A stretch of 64,000 nucleotides of DNA, taken from the NCBI GenBank assembly GCA_030698565.1, contig JAUYJS010000003.1, forward strand, positions 76,187-140,186, written 5' to 3'. Shown here piece by piece: positions 59,460 to 64,000 of the stretch (the stretch's first letter is position 1; every line of letters starts with the position of its first letter). The translations under genes and the position numbers were made by a program. Origin of the DNA: Candidatus Shapirobacteria bacterium. Lineage in GTDB: Bacteria; Patescibacteriota; Microgenomatia; UBA12405. The notes beneath the pieces are model-generated. The model was not told the origin of the DNA. It was given only the letters and a program-made list of their open reading frames with translations, and did not search any database.

Positions 59460-59518
59460 AAATATGGTCTATCGAAAAATCGATACTGATGAGTCCCGTA
59501 GGACGAAACCAAATATTT
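59460..59518 (+). ncRNA. Type III hammerhead ribozyme, canonical core
   Basis: AAATATGG-TC / TATCGA-AAAA-TCGATA / CTGATGA / GTCC-CGTA-GGAC / GAAA-CC-AA-ATATTT; GUC cut after 59469. Confidence 0.9.
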
Positions 59519-59670
59519 TTAATTCACTCTATATACTTCGTTATGAGTTCCAATATTTACAAAATGAGCTATGCCGTTTTCAACAAAATAAATCATTCTA
59601 ATACTATCATTAATTGAAATACTCCAATAACCATTCAAGTAACCTTTCAATTTAAAGTAAAATATCTCAC
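59519..59670 (-). pseudogene. RelE/YafQ-like toxin remnant (internal deletion)
   Basis: GTG overlapping the antitoxin stop (MRYFTL...), then out of frame KLKGYLNGYWSISINDSIRMIY...NIGTHNEVY. Confidence 0.7.
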
Positions 59671-59933
59671 TTATTCAGTTTATCAAGAATTTTATCAAAA
59701 TATTCATCAGTATTCCTAACTTTAATCCATTTTACTTTTCCACTTTTTGCATCTCGAATATTTTTTAATGTTTCTTCAGAAAATTCTAAATCATCGCTTT
59801 CCTCCAAATCCTTTATCATCAAATATCTGGTATATGCCGCCAAACTTATACCATATTTAACGGCTTTCCTTTTTATTTTGCTCTTAATTGAATCTGATAA
59901 ATTTATTTTTATTTGACTTTGTTTAGTTTCCAT
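59667..59933 (-). CDS. RHH-type antitoxin
   Basis: QIKINLSDSIKSKIKRKAVKYGISLAAYTRYLM; acidic C-terminal region; coupled to toxin remnant. Confidence 0.7.
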   Translation of the reverse strand: METKQSQIKINLSDSIKSKIKRKAVKYGISLAAYTRYLMIKDLEESDDLEFSEETLKNIRDAKSGKVKWIKVRNTDEYFDKILDKLNK

Positions 59934-60034
59934 AAACTAATTATACCCCTATTTCAGTACTTTTCCAGGACCTTAATTTATTCGAACTTATTTTTTACTT
60001 TACTTTAAAAATTTGTGCTATAATAACCCCATCT

Positions 60035-60133
60035 TAACCGAAGACAGTAGGCTTGGCTAATCACCATTGAAAAGTCCTACCGAGGCAAAAGCAATTTGTT
60101 TTTATTTTGCGCCTCGATCTTCGAGGTTTTTTT
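60035..60133 (+). promoter_or_regulatory. Ribosomal protein L10 leader
   Basis: CCGAAGACAGTAGG...CCTACCGAGG followed by CCTCGA-TCT-TCGAGG-T7 upstream of rplJ. Confidence 0.85.
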
Positions 60134-60150
60134 TATTTTAATAACAAATT

Positions 60151-60666
60151 ATGCCAAATCAAAAAAAAGTAGCCAAAGTCGAAGATGTAGTTGAAAAACT
60201 AAACAAAGCTAAATCAGCCGCTTTAGTTCAATATCAGGGTTTAAATGCCGCCGATATTTCTGCTCTCCGCGATCAAATCAAACAAAATGGTGGTCTCATG
60301 GAAGTCACCAAAAACACTCTTATTACCCGTGCTTTAGCCAAATTTGGTATCACCTTACCTGAAACCCTCACCGGTCCAACATCCATTGCTTACTGTAATG
60401 ACGATGAAATCGCTCCTCTAAAAGAAATTGACAAGGTCAATAAAACCAAAGATGTCACCGCCTTTAAATACGGTATTTACGGCAAAAAACTTTTATCAGT
60501 CGATGAATTAAAAATCTTTTTAAGCTTACCTTCCAAATCCGATCTCTTGGCTCGATTGGTCGGCGGCTTGGTCAACCCATTGCAACGTTTAGTTTATGCA
60601 ATGCGTTACAACCAAACTCAATTAGTTTTAACCTTAAAAGCTATTGCTGAAAAGGAAAACAAATAA
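60151..60666 (+). CDS. rplJ: 50S ribosomal protein L10
   Basis: VTKNTL, LTGPT; L10 leader; precedes rplL. Confidence 0.95.
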   Translation: MPNQKKVAKVEDVVEKLNKAKSAALVQYQGLNAADISALRDQIKQNGGLMEVTKNTLITRALAKFGITLPETLTGPTSIAYCNDDEIAPLKEIDKVNKTKDVTAFKYGIYGKKLLSVDELKIFLSLPSKSDLLARLVGGLVNPLQRLVYAMRYNQTQLVLTLKAIAEKENK

Positions 60667-60702
60667 ATTATTAATTTTTAATTATTAATTAAATATAAAA
60701 TT

Positions 60703-61098
60703 ATGGCAGAAGAAACCAAAATTAGTGCAAAACTACAGAAGATTATTGACTCTGTATCCGAATTATCAGTTCTCGAACTTTCCGAGCTCGTTAAAGCTTT
60801 GGAAGTAGCCTTCGACGTCAAAGCTGCTGCTGCTGCTCCTGCCGCTGCTGCTACCGCTGGCGAAAGTGCTCCTGCAGCCGAAGAAAAAACCGAGTTTGAA
60901 GTCGTTATGACTTCTGCTGGTACCAACAAAATTGCTGTCATTAAGGCTATCCGAGAATTCAAACCGGAATTAGGTCTTAAAGAAGCTAAAGATTTAGTTG
61001 ATGCCGCTCCTGCTAACTTAGGTACAATGAAAAAAGAAGTCGCCGCTGAAGCCAAATCCAAAATGGAAGCCGCTGGTGCGCAAGTGGAACTAAAATAA
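60703..61098 (+). CDS. rplL: 50S ribosomal protein L7/L12
   Basis: [27 protein letters not shown]. Confidence 0.97.
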   Translation: MAEETKISAKLQKIIDSVSELSVLELSELVKALEVAFDVKAAAAAPAAAATAGESAPAAEEKTEFEVVMTSAGTNKIAVIKAIREFKPELGLKEAKDLVDAAPANLGTMKKEVAAEAKSKMEAAGAQVELK

Positions 61099-61142
61099 TT
61101 AATTATTTTAGTGACATCCCTTTAGGGATCGAGCTCAAATTT

Positions 61143-61169
61143 AAAACCCCGCCAAACGGCGGGGTTTTT
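61143..61169. terminator. Bidirectional terminator
   Basis: AAAACCCCGCC-AAAC-GGCGGGGTTTTT. Confidence 0.85.
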
Positions 61170-61187
61170 GGTTTCAATAAAAACAAC

Positions 61188-61271
61188 TTATTTCTTCTTA
61201 CTTCCGCAACATCCACAACAAGCTTTTTTCTTAGTGGTCTTAACAGCTTTTTTAGCAACGACTTTGGCCAT
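61188..61271 (-). CDS. 27-aa Lys/Cys micropeptide MAKVVAKKAVKTTKKKACCGCCGSKKK
   Basis: Manual translation; lies between manC and the terminator. Confidence 0.6.
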   Translation of the reverse strand: MAKVVAKKAVKTTKKKACCGCCGSKKK

Positions 61272-61300
61272 ATTATTTATTTAATTACTAACTACTAAAA

Positions 61301-62380
61301 TTATAACAGCTCGATTCTTTCTTTAGCCTTCAAAGTATCTACCACTTCCCCTACTTTGCCAGACTTATCTTTTTTCAAAACCAGTAAAGCATCGCCAGTA
61401 TCCACAATCACCAAATTTTCAACTCCAATTGTCGCCACATATTTACCATTTGGTCTGGAAATAAAATTTCCACTGCCATCAATTTCTAAAATATTTTCAT
61501 CGGTTTTATAAAGATCATTAGTCACCATAAAATTAGCCAACGATTCCCAAGTCCCAAAATCGATCCAATCAAACGGCAAATCAACCACATATGCATCGTC
61601 CATTTCATATTTAGTCACTCGTGCTTCTATTGGATCTTTTGGCATTTTTGCATATTCTTCTTTGACTACTCTATCTTCATCTGGAGTATCAAAAACATCT
61701 ACCATTTTCATCAAAGGTTCATACCATTCTGGTGCCCTTCTTTTAAAAGCTTCCAGCATCAATCTTGGCGTCCAAGCATAATGGTTGGCATGCCCCAAAA
61801 CCGCTCCGCTTTCAATTTGGCTTTCATCCCGATTCGGATCATCTCTCATCACCCATTTTTTCATCTTATAAATTGTTACATCACCTGTATTTTCAATTTC
61901 ATCTCCAGCTACCATAAAATCAATTCCAGCCACACCGTGTTTTAATCTAATTCCTCCAGTCATTAATTTTCCGTCCCGTTTGATTAAATAATCAAATTGT
62001 TCTATTGTCTCCAAAAACTTTTCCGCCGGCCTTCTTAAAACATCTGCCTGCACCAACATAAATGGTTCATCAGGAAATTTTTTAAATAATTTAGCCGCCA
62101 AGAATCCTGTAGCCGGTCCCTGATTTCTCATTTCCGGTTCTATAAAAAAATTACCATCAGGAATTTCAGGAACCTGTTCCTTGGCTATTTTAGCTTGTAA
62201 TGCATTTGTCTGGATAAAGATATCTTCCGTGCTAAATTTTTGTCTCAAAGTTTCATAGTTGATTTGAAATAAAGATTTACTCTCAAAAAATTTGACAAAA
62301 TGTTTCGGCATTGTACTGCGACTTACCGGCCACATTTTTGATCCAATTCCACCACATATTATTATTGGTTTCATGAACAA
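61301..62380 (-). CDS. manC: Mannose-1-phosphate guanylyltransferase
   Basis: IICGGIGSKMWPVSRSTMPKHF, EPEMRNQGPA, WIDFGTW. Confidence 0.85.
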   Translation of the reverse strand: MFMKPIIICGGIGSKMWPVSRSTMPKHFVKFFESKSLFQINYETLRQKFSTEDIFIQTNALQAKIAKEQVPEIPDGNFFIEPEMRNQGPATGFLAAKLFKKFPDEPFMLVQADVLRRPAEKFLETIEQFDYLIKRDGKLMTGGIRLKHGVAGIDFMVAGDEIENTGDVTIYKMKKWVMRDDPNRDESQIESGAVLGHANHYAWTPRLMLEAFKRRAPEWYEPLMKMVDVFDTPDEDRVVKEEYAKMPKDPIEARVTKYEMDDAYVVDLPFDWIDFGTWESLANFMVTNDLYKTDENILEIDGSGNFISRPNGKYVATIGVENLVIVDTGDALLVLKKDKSGKVGEVVDTLKAKERIELL

Positions 62381-62381
62381 A

Positions 62382-63380
62382 TTATAACCTACAAAAATCT
62401 TTTATGTTTTCAACAGTCGTTTTTACAATTCTCTCAATCGCTTCTACTGTATTAAAGGCATTATGTGGAGTAAAGACAACATCATCCCTATCTTTCAGCA
62501 AATGATAACTTATCACTTCCCGTAAATCTTCTTTACTTGTTTCATTATTCATTACTACACTCACATTCTCGACTAAGTTTTCCTCTTCAGTTACGTCTAA
62601 TCCCGCTCCGGCTAAAATTTTATTGTTCAAAGCCCACACAATCGCTTCAGTTTCCACCACTCCACCTCTAGCTGTGTTGATCAAATAACTTCCTCGTTTC
62701 ATTAATTTAATATTCTTTTTATTGATTAAATGAAAAGTCTCTGGAATAGACGGTACGTGTAAAGTTATAAAGTCGGATTGACTTAAACATGTTTCCAAAT
62801 CAACATACTTGAAACCTAATTTTTTAGAGATTAGGGGATCCTGATATTGTTCCACACCCAAAACATTCATTCCAAAGCCTTTGGCGATACGGATCACATT
62901 TTGGCCTATCTTTCCGACTCCAATTACACCTAATGTTTTATTATACAAATCCACCCCAGTTAAACCATCTGGCGTAAATTCCCCGTTCTCCACAGCTTGG
63001 TGGGCTACTACAATTTTTTTAGAAATCGCCAAAAGTAACCCAAAAACATATTCAGCCACAGTATTTGATCCATAAGTCGGTACACTTTTAATTTCAATTC
63101 CTCGTTTTTGACAAGCCTCCGAATCAATATGGTCGATTCCAGTTGACCTCGTGGTTATCATTTTTAATTTGGGTAATTTTTCCAATACCAGGCTATCCAT
63201 CTTGGAGTATATAAAAATTGAAATGACATCGTAATTAGCCGCCATTTCTAAATTATCCTGTACTTCTTCTTCAAAAATTCCTACCCCAAAACTATCCAGT
63301 TTAATTATTTCCCGCTCAATCATTTCTTTCTCCCAACTCTTAACTCCAAAAAAAGCGATTTTATATTCTCCATTATTCAT
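62382..63380 (-). CDS. D-isomer 2-hydroxyacid (D-lactate-type) dehydrogenase
   Basis: GVIGVGKIG, INTARGG, GLDV, TPHNAF. Confidence 0.9.
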   Translation of the reverse strand: MNNGEYKIAFFGVKSWEKEMIEREIIKLDSFGVGIFEEEVQDNLEMAANYDVISIFIYSKMDSLVLEKLPKLKMITTRSTGIDHIDSEACQKRGIEIKSVPTYGSNTVAEYVFGLLLAISKKIVVAHQAVENGEFTPDGLTGVDLYNKTLGVIGVGKIGQNVIRIAKGFGMNVLGVEQYQDPLISKKLGFKYVDLETCLSQSDFITLHVPSIPETFHLINKKNIKLMKRGSYLINTARGGVVETEAIVWALNNKILAGAGLDVTEEENLVENVSVVMNNETSKEDLREVISYHLLKDRDDVVFTPHNAFNTVEAIERIVKTTVENIKDFCRL

Positions 63381-63552
63381 ATTTCTATTTTACATCAAAA
63401 GCTTAGTAAGTAAAAAGAAAATTAACGCCACAATTTAGGCAGATTATCTTATTCAAACTCTCTTATTTTTTATCACCATATTGACACACAAATATACTCT
63501 ATGTTTTACTCTTATTAGTTATTAATTACTTTGATACAAGAGGAGCCGGTCA

Positions 63553-63813
63553 ATGGACTATCAAAACGAATCACAAGACAAACTTGTGAAACAAAATACT
63601 TCTGCCCCAAAGAAAGTAAATGGAATCTCCATCGACAATCTTCCCGACCTGTTAACAGTCGCCGAAGTTGCCGATCTCCTAAGGGTCAGTAAACTGACCA
63701 TTAAACGTTGGGGAAAAAGGGGCAAATTACCTGCCATCCGTATCAATGCACGAGGCGATCGCCGCTACCGCAAGGAAGCTGTTTTGTGGTTGCTTGGCAT
63801 CCAATCGGATTAA
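63553..63813 (+). CDS. HTH_17/excisionase-like DNA-binding protein
   Basis: LLTVAEVADLLRVSKLTIKRW...GDRRY; AGGAG SD; TTGACA at 63481. Confidence 0.8.
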   Translation: MDYQNESQDKLVKQNTSAPKKVNGISIDNLPDLLTVAEVADLLRVSKLTIKRWGKRGKLPAIRINARGDRRYRKEAVLWLLGIQSD

Positions 63814-63836
63814 TACAACCTACCTGCCTAAACAAC

Positions 63837-63865
63837 AAAGAGGTACCCTCGCGGGTACCTCTTTT
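63837..63865. terminator. Bidirectional terminator
   Basis: AAAGAGGTACCC-TCGC-GGGTACCTCTTTT. Confidence 0.85.
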
Positions 63866-63869
63866 GGTT

Positions 63870-64000
63870 TTAAATAGTCACTCGTCCCCGTGAAGTTCTT
63901 TTTACCAATCCTCTTTTCATTAAATACGGTTCATAAACTTCAGTAATTGTCCCCACATCTTCAGTCAATGCCGCCGCAATATTTTCTACTCCCACCGGTC
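63870..64000 (-). CDS. ruvB: Holliday junction helicase RuvB, C-terminus (partial)
   Basis: [42 protein letters not shown]. Confidence 0.9.
   Translation of the reverse strand, partial: PVGVENIAAALTEDVGTITEVYEPYLMKRGLVKRTSRGRVTI

Noticed and set aside
63553-63813. Prophage/ICE boundary suggested by the excisionase-like gene
   Set aside because: It is flanked by housekeeping genes (dehydrogenase, ruvB) with no integrase or att site visible.
1-64000. Alternative genetic code (TGA recoded, as in Gracilibacteria/Absconditabacteria)
   Set aside because: Conserved genes translate full-length in code 11, and TGA is used as a stop in overlapping gene pairs (e.g. nrdR/nrdJ, sufB/sufD).

Overview
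AT-rich bacterial chromosome segment, standard genetic code. Gene content (mreB/PBP2, def/fmt, sufCBDSU, nadDE, nrdR-nrdJ-pduO, secE-nusG-rplK-rplA, rplJL, double-domain thyX, isopentenyl phosphate kinase, many SD-less starts) suggests a Patescibacteria/CPR genome, probably Microgenomates-like (inference). It has six tRNA genes, a cobalamin riboswitch, an L10 leader, tandem NrdR boxes and a 6S-RNA-like hairpin. Main observation: a recurring architecture around four unrelated, GC-richer orphan ORFs (21433-21798, 26059-26637, 27278-28189, 58510-59400) plus one ORF-less unit (26725-26907). The pattern is sigma70 promoter (often preceded by ATCCTATA[AC]), rRNA-type boxA-like motif, then a 12-15 nt arm that base-pairs with an arm just after the stop codon and so encloses the whole ORF. 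In two units a type III hammerhead ribozyme follows the 3' arm. These look like mRNAs built like pre-rRNA (antiterminated, end-paired, self-cleaved). Other observations: an MFS-like gene between two identical tRNA-Ala genes, an AbiE module inside a 25-bp direct repeat, palindromic REP-like inserts in-frame in housekeeping genes, two Lys-rich micropeptides, and several frameshifted genes. All pairings were read by eye; no database searches or folding calculations were run.
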